Of a DNA stretch of 64,000 nt, positions 10,382-21,900 are shown one piece after another. The stretch's first letter is position 1, and each line of letters begins with the position of its first letter. Below the pieces are notes generated by a model. That model was given only the letters and a program-made list of their open reading frames with translations, did not search any database and was not told the origin of the DNA. Location of the stretch: the IMG/VR virus record IMGVR_UViG_3300002835_000047, positions 32,001 through 96,000 of that record; one strand, written 5' to 3'. The stretch comes from a virus. The position numbers and the translations under genes are program-made.

Positions 10382-12697
10382 ATGGCAAAAGTAAAAATTT
10401 TAAATTTACCTGAGGGGATTACAATTAAAAATGGTAAAGTTCTGAAAATGCGTGATGGCGGTAATATAACCGGCGATCAATCTAATTATGGTTTAGTTAC
10501 ATACCCTAAATTTCCAGGAAGTATTAATAATGAAGCGTTTAATATCAGGCATAGCTTAAACGCAGTACCTAGAAATCAAGCAAATTTGGAAGCTGAAGGT
10601 GGTGAAACTGTTCTGACAGATTTGGATAATGACGGCTTGTTTGGTCTTTATGATATTAAAGGACCAAGACATTCATCTGGTGGTGTTCCTTTAAATCTTC
10701 CAGAACAATCATTTATATTTTCAGATACCCAAAGTATGAAACTAGGCGGTAGTGATTTAAAACAATTTGATATCAATAGTAGAAAAAAGATTACACCAGC
10801 TCAGGTTTCCAAACGTTATGATCTAAATAAATACTATGGAAAAATTAAAGATGAGTTTGCAGATGAAATACAAGTTAGAAGTGCCGAACTAATGATGGAT
10901 AAAAATAAAAAAACTTTATCTAAATTGGCTTTTGTTCAAGAGGCAAAAAAGAATTTTTCAGATGGTGTTCCTGTTATTTCTCATCCATACCTTATATCAC
11001 AAGGTATTGATCCAATTGAATTTACAGCAAGAGTAGAGGAAATATCTAATGCTAAAGCTTTAGGTAAAGCTGTTAGTGGTATGTCTGAACAGCAGTTGGT
11101 TAATCTAATGATGTTGCAAAACATGATTGCTGAGTCTAATAATCAAAGTACTTTTCAGGAACCGGCTCAAGTTGGCTTTGATGAAAGTTTTGTTCAACAG
11201 CCAATGGCAAGATATGGATTTGAATTTACTCCTGGTTTAGATTTATATCAAAAGAAAGGTGAAGTTAAAAATAAAGCATTTGATCAAAATGCATTAGACT
11301 ATCTTAAAAGTTTAGGTATAAATTTTGATCTTGCAGGCACAAACTTAGAATTTGAAAATATACAGTCTGAATCTAAAAATAAAAAAGGTAGGTTTGGTTC
11401 TGCTTCTGAAAATGAGGAAAAATTTAAAAGTGCTTGGGCAGGTATTTATCCTGATCTAGATGCACTTATTAAATCTTTAGATACTTACACACCTGGTAAG
11501 AATGAATCATATAAAAACCCTGAAGTTGTGAAATTTCAAAAATGGTTTGATGAAGTTTATGTTCCTAAGGAGGTTGATAGAATTAACACGTCTGTAAAAA
11601 ATTCTGGGAGACCTGAGCTTACTGATGAAGAAAAAAATAAACTTAGAACTGATTTGTCATCTAGAATAGGATTCAATCCTAATGCAAAAGGTAAAGATTA
11701 TGATGGTAAGTTTGGAACGTTTAGTTCTGCAGTTAGACCTTTTAATTATAAAATAGAGCCTTTAACTCAAAGAGAAGCAGTTACTCAATCTACAAATACT
11801 CCTCAAAAGGTAAAAACAATTACACCTGCAAATCCAGCTTTGCCTGGAAATAGGCCAAGTCCTCAATGGTGGTTGCAAGATTTACTTCAGATGAATAGTA
11901 TTGCCGGAAGAAACAGAGATATGTTTTTCCCGTTTCAACCTAATGTCCCAGATGTTGATTTGGGATATGTTTTAGAAGATCCTACAAGAGCCATTGCTGC
12001 TATCAATGAGAATGTTGGTCAGATTGGTGAGGCTTATGGCGCTTTTGCTGGTCCTCAATCTTTATCAGCAAGAATGTCCCAAACTCAAGGTAAAGCTGCT
12101 GAATTAATTGCAAATGAGATTGGTAGAGTTAACCAAAGAAACACGTCTGTTATTAATCAAGGTTTGGCTAGAAAAGCCCAATTTGATTTGTATGCTGGTA
12201 GAGAAAGAAGAGATAGACTTACAAAGGAGTATGATGATACACAGACTGTATTACAAAAATACATGGATGAAAAGAACTTTGACCGAGAACAGTATAATAT
12301 GGCTTTGTCAAATGCTATTACTAACAGAGCTAATACATACAACTTAAATTCCCTTCAAGATTATTTTCAAATTGATCCTACTAGCGGAGGTGTTATTGGT
12401 CAATTTAGTTCTAAAGCTTTTGAACCGGTTCCGCCTTCAGACATGAGTGATCAAATGATTCAGTCTTACGTGAATCTTGCTAAAGATTTAAAAGCTGGAG
12501 GTATTGAACCAACAGCAGATTTAGTAAATAGTATAATGGGTATTAAACAACAGACATTACCACAAGAAACTTATGCTCAAAGAGCATTTAGGAGTATGCC
12601 TCAAGGTTATGGTTTTGACTACAGACAATCTCAAACTTACCCAAGTCCGTATGCAACTCCGTTTAATCCAGGTTCAACTTTACCTGAAGGATACTAA
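10382..12697 (+). CDS. crAss-like virion cargo/structural protein, 771 aa
   Basis: NLEAEGGETV...GPRHSSGGVPLNLP...IFSD block recurrent in crAss-like structural proteins; MRDGG motif; synteny before ejection genes. Confidence 0.6.
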   Translation: MAKVKILNLPEGITIKNGKVLKMRDGGNITGDQSNYGLVTYPKFPGSINNEAFNIRHSLNAVPRNQANLEAEGGETVLTDLDNDGLFGLYDIKGPRHSSGGVPLNLPEQSFIFSDTQSMKLGGSDLKQFDINSRKKITPAQVSKRYDLNKYYGKIKDEFADEIQVRSAELMMDKNKKTLSKLAFVQEAKKNFSDGVPVISHPYLISQGIDPIEFTARVEEISNAKALGKAVSGMSEQQLVNLMMLQNMIAESNNQSTFQEPAQVGFDESFVQQPMARYGFEFTPGLDLYQKKGEVKNKAFDQNALDYLKSLGINFDLAGTNLEFENIQSESKNKKGRFGSASENEEKFKSAWAGIYPDLDALIKSLDTYTPGKNESYKNPEVVKFQKWFDEVYVPKEVDRINTSVKNSGRPELTDEEKNKLRTDLSSRIGFNPNAKGKDYDGKFGTFSSAVRPFNYKIEPLTQREAVTQSTNTPQKVKTITPANPALPGNRPSPQWWLQDLLQMNSIAGRNRDMFFPFQPNVPDVDLGYVLEDPTRAIAAINENVGQIGEAYGAFAGPQSLSARMSQTQGKAAELIANEIGRVNQRNTSVINQGLARKAQFDLYAGRERRDRLTKEYDDTQTVLQKYMDEKNFDREQYNMALSNAITNRANTYNLNSLQDYFQIDPTSGGVIGQFSSKAFEPVPPSDMSDQMIQSYVNLAKDLKAGGIEPTADLVNSIMGIKQQTLPQETYAQRAFRSMPQGYGFDYRQSQTYPSPYATPFNPGSTLPEGY

Positions 12698-12706
12698 ATG
12701 TAATTG

Positions 12707-12765
12707 ATAAACTTAAAAAGTTTATTGATTTAATTTTTAAAACTAAAAAAATTTTTGTAATTTAG
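12707..12765 (+). promoter_or_regulatory. Inverted repeat ATAAACTT-3nt-AAGTTTAT plus TTTGTAATTTAG promoter-like motif upstream of the ejection/vRNAP operon
   Basis: 8-bp inverted repeat at 12707-12725; motif at 12754-12765 is a 2-mismatch copy of the 7904/40813 motif. Confidence 0.35.
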
Positions 12766-12769
12766 AGAT

Positions 12770-15700
12770 ATGGCAACTTATACACAGGGAAACCAACCTT
12801 ATTTACCCAATTGGCAGCCTTTTACACCGGACTATAAATTTTTGTCTGATGTTTTAGATACAAAAACTAACAGGTATAATACAAATTATAAAGAGTTAAA
12901 TGATTTGTATGGTAAGGTTGTTTATTCAGAATTGAGTCGTCAAGACACTAATGAAATGAGAGATCAATTTACAAACACTTTAGGTAAACAACTAGAGCTA
13001 GTTTCAGGTATGGATCTCTCTGTTGCTCAGAACGTTGACTATGCTAAAAAGTTGTTTAAGCCTTTCTATGATGAAAAGATTATTGTAAAAGATATGCTCT
13101 ATACAAAAAAGTATAGAGATGATATGCAATATGCAAATCAGCTTCAACAATCACCAGATCAGCAAATGAGAGAACTATACTGGACAACCGGTGTAGAAGC
13201 TTTGAATTATCAAATGCAAGATTTTAAAAATGCTTCTGCAGACGAAGCTTTGGGAATGTCACTTCCTCAGTATGTTGCAGATGCCGATCTAGAACAAAAA
13301 GCATTAGATTATTTAAAAAAGCAAGGTTTTGATGTGACAATGGATAGTATATCTCCGGATGGTGCTTTTATTGTAAAAGATAGAAATGGTAATTTAATTA
13401 CGGAACAAGCATATAGGATGGCTAGTAGAGCGCTTTTAGATGATCCCATTGTACAACAAGCTTATTATACAGATGCCTATGTAAAGTCAAGAAAGTTTGC
13501 AGACTCAGGTATTCAGACCGGTAATTTTAAATCAGTGAGTGAAGGTCAAAATGCTTGGGCTAGTGAAGTCATTAATGTTTATGAAAAAAATCTAGCCATT
13601 AGATCATTAAATGAAAAAGCAGATTTGAGTAAACTTCAGGATATAAATGTCAATTGGGAAAATTACATTAAAAATTATGGTATTATTCCTGGTTCAACCG
13701 AAGAGCAAGAATTAAATGTTGTACAAGATGAATTAACGTCAAAGTTAATGGCTTACCAGCAAACGCAAAGTATTTTGCAAAATGCTGGTACTATGGATAC
13801 TAAAACTACAAAAGGACTTTTAAATAAAGCTTATAGTTTGATAATGGGTTATAATATGCAGGATGATCTTTCCGCAGGTGTTGTAGCTTTTTCAAATATT
13901 AACAAAAGTAGAGAACTTAAAGTAAACGACTATTATAAGCAAAAGCTTGATCACCAACATGATTTTGCAAAAATTCAACAGCAGCATACAAATGCTATGA
14001 CGGAAGAAGCGCAAAAGCAGAGGAATAGAATTGATTTAGAAAAATTAAAAGGTACAATTGGTGGATCTGACTTTATAAATAGTATATTAGGTGGAGGCAT
14101 GGATGCTTCAGGTGCTGTATATAATGAAATGGGTACTGAATCTTCTGCTATAGATACTGAAACAGGTTTGGCAATTGACCCTAAAAAATATGATTATGTT
14201 AATGGTCAACAAAATAAGATCCTTAATTATCATCAGGATGCACTTAATGAAAACATCCAATTTGGATTAGAAGCTTTAGAAAAGTTTTATCCATCAAAAA
14301 ATGGTAATAATCAATATTCACTTAACTTTGAAAATACAGGAATTACTACTACCAAAGTGGGATCTTTACCAGAATTAAGGCAGTATCTACAAGATCCTCG
14401 CAATAAAACTATTGCTGAAGGATTTATATATAAAATGCATGCTTTAATGAAAGATCCGGATTTGGCAGTTAAGACAAATCCAAATTTTGTTAAAGAAAAC
14501 AGTGGCGCTAATTATCAAGAATTACAAACTAGATTTGATGTCTCTATGGGTCGTTTGACTGCTGTAGATAATATACAAACCCAATTTATGGGTACAGTAA
14601 GTGATAATTTTGATAAAGCAATTCAAACAGATTTAACATCTGAAACTAAATCTGTGCGTGAAGATATAGCTGCCGGTGCACTTAAAATTATTCAGCCGTC
14701 TCAAAATGGAACATCCAGAATAATCTCAGAGCAAGAATTTATTGCTGACTTTATTCAGAAGGCAAAATCTAAAGGTCCACAAAATAATAAATATTATTAT
14801 TACGCTTCACCTGCAGCTTATACTAGAGCTTCTATAGGAACACTTCCTCCAGGGGGAGTAAGTGCGCAGGACTTAGCTATGAGTTCTAGTAGAAGACCTA
14901 AGACGGATGGTTTTATATTTAATGAAAATTTAGCTGTGGCAAATGCAGTTAAGTCTTACAAAAGACAAAAGGATATTATGAATGCTACCCTTAGTGGTGT
15001 ACTTAATACCGAAGCTGAAAAAGGTGGCAAAGGAAGGATCTTTCAAAGTTTTGACGCTGGCTCATTTATGAGAGGTGTACCAAAAGATCAAATGACTGCT
15101 GCTGATGCTCTTAAAAATCCGTCCTATCCTTCGTTCTTTGATCCAACAACAATTGGTAAAGATCCATTGTCTCAAAGGAATTTTGCTTTTTTGGTTGGAC
15201 AGGTTAAGAAAACACCGTCTCAAGATTTAACGTTCTATGCTGGTGATATTGGTAAAGATGATGTTAGAACTGAATCAAGTAACGCTAAGGCTAAGCAAGT
15301 ATTTGATCAATGGTTGTTAAGTGTTTCTTCTTTTTCAAATGCTAAAGCAAGTAAGACAAATATACCAAAAGCTAATATTACATATAATCCTGTATATGGT
15401 GCAAATGATGCGGATAATTTGGGAAAAACTAAAGCGGCATATGTGATAACTTTTGATACAGATTGGTTACAGTCTTTGCAAGGAAGCACTAATAAACCTG
15501 GTTTAATTGGCGCAATTGAACTTGAATCATTTAAAACAATAACTATATCTTTTCCTCAGGATAAAGACGTTAGTGACAGAAGTTTTAAAGATTTTAATTT
15601 TTCTAATGTGATTTATGATGTAGAGTATTCACCTGAAAAGCAATATGTAAAAAATATTGATTCCGGAGGTAGAGTAAGAGTTTATAAAAACGCAAAAGAT

Positions 15701-15913
15701 GAATTGATTTTGGAGACTCAACCCACCATATATAATATTAAAACGGGGAATATGGAGCCATTGCAAGTTCAAACATTTCCTATAGGGCAAATTGCAAGTG
15801 GAAGTCCTATTGAACAAATTGATTTTATAGTGCAACAAAAAATCAATCAGCTTAATATTATAGCTCAAAATAATAACAAAAATCAGTTGGCAAATAAAAA
15901 ATCAAAACAATAA
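12770..15913 (+). CDS. Ejection (core) protein, 1047 aa
   Basis: Helical Gln/Asn-rich N-terminal half (MATYTQG..QPFTPDY), Cys-free, immediately upstream of the vRNAP gene as in crAss-like phages. Confidence 0.6.
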   Translation: MATYTQGNQPYLPNWQPFTPDYKFLSDVLDTKTNRYNTNYKELNDLYGKVVYSELSRQDTNEMRDQFTNTLGKQLELVSGMDLSVAQNVDYAKKLFKPFYDEKIIVKDMLYTKKYRDDMQYANQLQQSPDQQMRELYWTTGVEALNYQMQDFKNASADEALGMSLPQYVADADLEQKALDYLKKQGFDVTMDSISPDGAFIVKDRNGNLITEQAYRMASRALLDDPIVQQAYYTDAYVKSRKFADSGIQTGNFKSVSEGQNAWASEVINVYEKNLAIRSLNEKADLSKLQDINVNWENYIKNYGIIPGSTEEQELNVVQDELTSKLMAYQQTQSILQNAGTMDTKTTKGLLNKAYSLIMGYNMQDDLSAGVVAFSNINKSRELKVNDYYKQKLDHQHDFAKIQQQHTNAMTEEAQKQRNRIDLEKLKGTIGGSDFINSILGGGMDASGAVYNEMGTESSAIDTETGLAIDPKKYDYVNGQQNKILNYHQDALNENIQFGLEALEKFYPSKNGNNQYSLNFENTGITTTKVGSLPELRQYLQDPRNKTIAEGFIYKMHALMKDPDLAVKTNPNFVKENSGANYQELQTRFDVSMGRLTAVDNIQTQFMGTVSDNFDKAIQTDLTSETKSVREDIAAGALKIIQPSQNGTSRIISEQEFIADFIQKAKSKGPQNNKYYYYASPAAYTRASIGTLPPGGVSAQDLAMSSSRRPKTDGFIFNENLAVANAVKSYKRQKDIMNATLSGVLNTEAEKGGKGRIFQSFDAGSFMRGVPKDQMTAADALKNPSYPSFFDPTTIGKDPLSQRNFAFLVGQVKKTPSQDLTFYAGDIGKDDVRTESSNAKAKQVFDQWLLSVSSFSNAKASKTNIPKANITYNPVYGANDADNLGKTKAAYVITFDTDWLQSLQGSTNKPGLIGAIELESFKTITISFPQDKDVSDRSFKDFNFSNVIYDVEYSPEKQYVKNIDSGGRVRVYKNAKDELILETQPTIYNIKTGNMEPLQVQTFPIGQIASGSPIEQIDFIVQQKINQLNIIAQNNNKNQLANKKSKQ

Positions 15914-15924
15914 CTTATTTAAGT

Positions 15925-18900
15925 ATGCTAAATGCTAATACAAACGAAAGACTAATGTCGGAAGGTGGTTTGCCACAAACAAATCCTCAAATTCCAGATA
16001 GTAGTAAATTTGAGTTTCAATCTGTATATGATTTTTTTTCACCACCAGATACTCCGGAATTTAATCAAATTATGGATCCTGAGTATGAAAATATGCTTAG
16101 GCAACATGCACAACAAATTAATTCCTATGCTCCTGCTGCTATTGGTAATTTAAATACACCAACACCAACATTATCTTCAGAAACGTATAACCCCACAAAG
16201 CAAAGAACCGGATACAATTTATCTACTCCGGATGGTATACATGCGTTACTAAATGATTTTTCAGGAGTAATTAAGAGTGACAAACCGGTTATAGCAAATC
16301 CAATTGCAGCTGGTATTAGAGAAAGTAATTTTGATAGATACTATAAACATCCTAAATTTTCAAAGTTAGGCTGGCATCCTTACGCTGACAATGAATCTTT
16401 TTACAATGCTAATTCTTCTTGGTGGGATGATTTTGGAAGAATGAGTACTCAGTTCGGTAATCTTGCTAGCACAGGGTTTGTTTCATCATATCGTTCTATT
16501 GGTGATTTGTTTGATTCAGATTCATATTTTTCAGGTACTGATATGGAATCAGCATCAGAATTTTCTGATGCAATGCGAATTGGGAATAGTACACGAGGTG
16601 GTGTTGCTGGTTTTGCCAATAATTTAGCACTTCAGTTTGGATATACCGCTGGTATAATTGGGTCTATTGCGGTTGAAGAACTTGCCCTTAGTGCTGGGGC
16701 AGCACTTCAAGGATATATGAATCCTTTAGCAGATGCTGCTCTTGCAGGTAGAACTGCGTTGAATATGGGTAGATTAGGTAGAAGTATAGCACAATCTTTT
16801 GATGTTACAAGGTTTGCCGGTGCTACAAGAAATATGTATAATACATTAAGGTCTGTAGACGCGGCAAAAGATTTCTATTCTTTTGCTAAAACTGGTGGTA
16901 GAATTGCAGGTCAAATTTTTGCACCAGAAACTTACAGGGCAATAAAGACCTTAAACAGTACTGCAAATGGAGCGCAAAATCTTACAAACATGGCCAAAGT
17001 TTCAAAAACTTTTGGTGGTTTTTATAGGGATTTGAGATCTTTGAACTTAGCGCTTTCTGAATCAAAGATGGAAGGTGGTATGGTTTATGCTCAGCAGTTG
17101 GCAAATAATTATGATTATTATTCTGAAAAAAACAACGGTACCCCAGTCACTGAAGAGCAAATGGGTTTGATCACAGAAAATGCATCTAGAGCTGCATACT
17201 GGACTACACTTCAAAATGCGCCAACAATATTCTTTTCAAATCAATTGCTTTTAGGAAACGCTTTTGGAGCATACAATAAATCATTAAGTAGAATACTAAA
17301 TGATAATGTTAGTGGTTTGGCCGGTAGAGTCATAAGAGCAAAGGGTATCACTGAAGCTGGTAAAGCTGTGACTCGTCCATTTATAGATGCAGGTACAGGT
17401 TTAAAGGGTCTTTATAATACAGTTAAAGCTGCTGGAGTAAGGGGTAGTGTACAAATGGGTGCGCATGCTTCACTTAGATATTTTGCTGCTAATTTATCTG
17501 AAGGTATCCAAGAATTAACCCAAGAGGCAATTGCTCATGGTACAAAAGATTACCATCTTGAAATACTTAAAGATCCTGCATCTGGTGGAAAAGATTTATT
17601 GTCTGCAACAATTGCTTCAGCGGTTGGTTCTCAATTTAATTCCCAGGGATTTGAAACTTTCATGTCCGGATTTTTAATGGGTGGTCTTGCACAAGGACCA
17701 CAAAAATTACTTTTTCAAGGATTACCTAGTTTGTATCAACGTACTTTTGAAAAAGAAAAGTTTGAGGAATACAAAAAAAATAAAGAAACTTATATTAATA
17801 ACTTAGTTAATTCTTTAAATGATGCTTACGAGATCACAGCAAATGATCCAATGAGCTCAATTTTTGATACAAACAAAGTCAATCTTGTTTCTCAAAAACA
17901 AGCAAGTGATAATATACTGCAATCAATATTTGATGATTCAGAATTTGATTTTGTAGATGCTAAAGATTTTTCAAAATTTCAGTCTATTTACACAGTTCTT
18001 TCTAGTGGTAAAGCATCTGACTTTAAAGCTCAGTTCAGAGATTATTTAAAGATGACCAATGAGGAATTGGCTCAAATTTTTCCGGCTAGCAAAAAAGATA
18101 TAAAATCAGGAAAGCTTGCATCTAGAATGCAAGATATGATCAATAAAATTGATCAGCTTGAAGATTCATTTAATGAAAATAAAAATAAATTTCAGAATCC
18201 GTTTAATTCATCTATTTACAGAAAAGGTACTAGAGAGTATAATGAGGAAAGAATAAAAGAAATGTCTTTTGAGCATGCTAGATATCTTTACATGTTTACT
18301 GAAGATGGTTTTAAAAGAGCTTTGGAAAGATCTAAACTACTTTATGATGACTTAGCATCTGATCCAATTGTTGGAAAAATGGCAGCTAGTGATATTACAG
18401 TTTTGTTAGATCAAAACTCACTGGCTAAAGAAATTAAAATGCTCCTCAGTGAAATTTCTGTTTTAGATCCAAAGGAGAACAAAGAAATTATTGAAGCAAA
18501 AACAAATAAACTTAAAGGTCTTGATGCCGTGTTTAATGTTTTATATGCTAAAGAAAACTTAAATGCTAAAGGTAATTTTGATAAACGTAAAATAAATAAG
18601 TTACGCAAAGCTTTTGAAACTTATGTTCAATTGCTAGCAAAATCAAATGGTACTTTTGCGGATCAAAATAAAATAAAAGAAGCGCTTAAAAAAATTATAG
18701 ACTATAAAGATCTTTCAGAAAGAGCAAATGCTTATAACAAATCTATTGAGTACATGAATAACCCAGATAGATTTGATGAAATCAGATTAAGGGCTTACGA
18801 ATTTTATAAAAGTATTTTTAGAAATAGAGCACAGGTTTTTAAAGAGTCACTTAAAAATTATATTTCTAAATCTGAAATAAACCAATTTTTGAATGAGCTT

Positions 18901-21900
18901 GATAAACTAAATGTAATCCCTGATCCGGAAGAAGTTAAAATCTTTATGCAAAATGGAGACATTAATGTTCTTCAAAATTTTTATTCTGAATCAGGATTGG
19001 TTGGAAAAAATACTGACCCAGATATTTACGATCAAATTCAAGGATTAATAAATATTTATAAAAGTTCAGTAGAACCTACAGTCACTGAAAAACCAGAAGA
19101 TGAAGCAACTGCAAAATCAAATGTTGAAGAAAATATAGATGCACTATTAGAAAGTGCTAAAATTGATGATGCTCCAGAAAAAGCTGAAACATCCGTATAT
19201 GGAACTGAACCAAACATAAATCCTTTCATTAAAAAATTACTAGAGGCTAAATATAGATTATATGTTGGCCGCCAAATTAGTTTGGGTAAGAGTCCTGTAT
19301 CTCAAATTAATTGGCTTAAAGGCAAAGAAGCAGAAAGTTATTTGAATGCATATAAAGCTTTAAAAAAGGTATGGTATAATGATCTTAAAAATTCAGGGCA
19401 ACAAAGCTTAATTGAAACTAATGGTAATTTTGATATAGGTTTTGAAGAATGGTTGAAGAGCAAACAGGATGATCCTATCATTGATAAAGTATTTGATATA
19501 GTTGACTTAACTATTCACGATTTTATTAAAATTCCAACTCCTAATTCAAGTTTTGTTTCTAATACTTCTGACAAAGTTGTTGATGATACATTTGATAACG
19601 TAGTGATTATTGAAAATAAAACTTTGATTGATGATCCTGATACAGGACTTTCTACACAAACTTCAATTTTTACAGTTAGAACTAAAGCGGGTCAATTAAT
19701 TGAAGATGCATATACAAAAGCAGCCGGTGTTTCATCTGGAGCAGCTTTTAGTAATATTAGTAAAGCGCGTGAGGCAGCTAAAAAACTAGATCCTTTATTG
19801 GTTGAAAATACACCTTTTAAATTTGGGGATAAAGAAGTATTTTATGGTTCTTCTGTATATGATAAAAATGGAGATGGTTATGTAGTAATTGGTACGGCTC
19901 CTGAAGTTCAAAGAGGCGGTAAATTATTTTTACTTCCTTTTGATAAAATAAAGAATGCTTCTACTAAGCAAGAGAGAAATAGGTTAGCTAAGAAAGTTAC
20001 TGAAGATGAGTTTACAAACGATTATGTTTTAGATGAATTTAATTTTTCCAGGCTTTCTGAAAATACTTCTAAACTTTTAGTTGACGAGGCAGTTGGTGTT
20101 TATAGTTTTAGAAATGCAAATGAAACTGAAGAGCAAGCAAATCTTAGATTGCAAACTATTTTAGAAAATTTAACGCCGGAGGAAAAAAAGTTTCTTTTAG
20201 TTATTAAAAGAAATCCCAAAGAAGGAGTTAGAGGTAAATATAAAATAGGAACGAAGGATGAAAATCCTTATATCAATAAAGTAGCTGAGCCATTTTCTGT
20301 AGGTCTTACTTTTGCAGATCCGAACACAAGATCAAGAATAAATAATATACTTTCACAAAATGGAATAGAATTAAGTTCAGATCCAAATGGTGTATTTGGT
20401 TTTGTAAGAACTGGGTCCGTTCAATTTGTAAATAAAAAGAATGAGGTTATAAATCCAGTAAATCTTCCTAAGGAAATTATTGATGACACGTTTAAAATTT
20501 ATGAGTCTCAGGAACCAAATGCTGTAACTAATATCAGAAATAATTTTGCAATTCAACAAGCTTTTGTTGATCAGATTGCTGATAAGATGGAAGGTGTAGA
20601 TAGTATAATTATTCCTGCCAATGAGTTACCAGAATTTAGTTTTAATATTGGTTCTTCAGTTTATGTAAAAAATAAATCTGAGCGGAGTATATACGATCTT
20701 AAATACAATACTGTAGATGGGGTCCGCGTATTAATGATTAATGATAAACTTAAAGATGGAACTATATTAAGTCGCATATTAACGGATATTGATGACATTG
20801 ATGAGAGCAATGCTTTTGTAAATAAACTTGAATCTGATTTAAAAGCCCAGCCTGGTTTATTTGAAGTTTTACAAAAAAGTCAGAGATATGTTCTTTTGAT
20901 TAAATCACCTAATGGTTTATTTACCGGTGCTCCTTTAAAAACTAATAGACTTTCTGATGATCAAATTTTTGAATTAGGTCGTGAACTTATTAAAGAAGGT
21001 ATTAGAACAATTAATGAAAACTTAGTTGGTGAAGGATCTGTAGAAACAAAGAAAATTAAAGACCCAAACTTTAATATTGAATTTAATAGAGCTTTTAATA
21101 AAAAGTTTTACATTACAACTAACATTGAAGGTTATACTGTTGAAATTAATGTTAATTCAGATGGTACATTTAGAGCGGAGCTGTACGATAAAAACGCAAA
21201 AAAAGTTATTGGTACTTCATATATAAATGAAGGCAGGCAAGGAACTCTTGATTATCAAGATGTTGAAAATCCAGATATTATTGAACGTCTTTTAGATAAC
21301 CTTCAGAAAAAGGGTATTGATAAAGCTACTCAGGATTACAAAGAAGATAAGAAGAAAGATCCATCTTTAGAAATTCCTGAATGGACTAAACTAGAAATTT
21401 CAAAATCTAATGTAAGAGATAGTTTTCAAGAAGATGCAACTGTTGATACAGTTATTAATAATACTGTAACAAATCTTGATGTTAATGTAAGAACTAATTA
21501 TAAGCTTAGACTAAATGCAGGTTCAAATACCATTCAAGAAGTTTTATTATTTGCCGCAACGCCGGCTGCTATTCAGCAAGAAAATAAAGTAGTTGTTGAG
21601 GAAACACCTGTAGCTCCTGTTTCTGAAATAGAAGCTAAGAAAGCTGATATAGAAAGAAGAAGAAAAATATCATTAACTAAAATAACAGCAGAACAAGCTA
21701 AAAATATATCAGGTATACAAGATCTTGAAGGTTATTATGAAATTAATGGTTTTTGGGAAGGAGTTTATATAACAGATAAATTTGAAGGAAGGTCCACTCC
21801 TTATAAATCTGCTATTACAGCAAATTCTGAGAAAGAACTTTTAGATAATATCAATGCTAAATATGATGCAGAACTAGTTGCTTTAGAAGGAGTTAAACCT

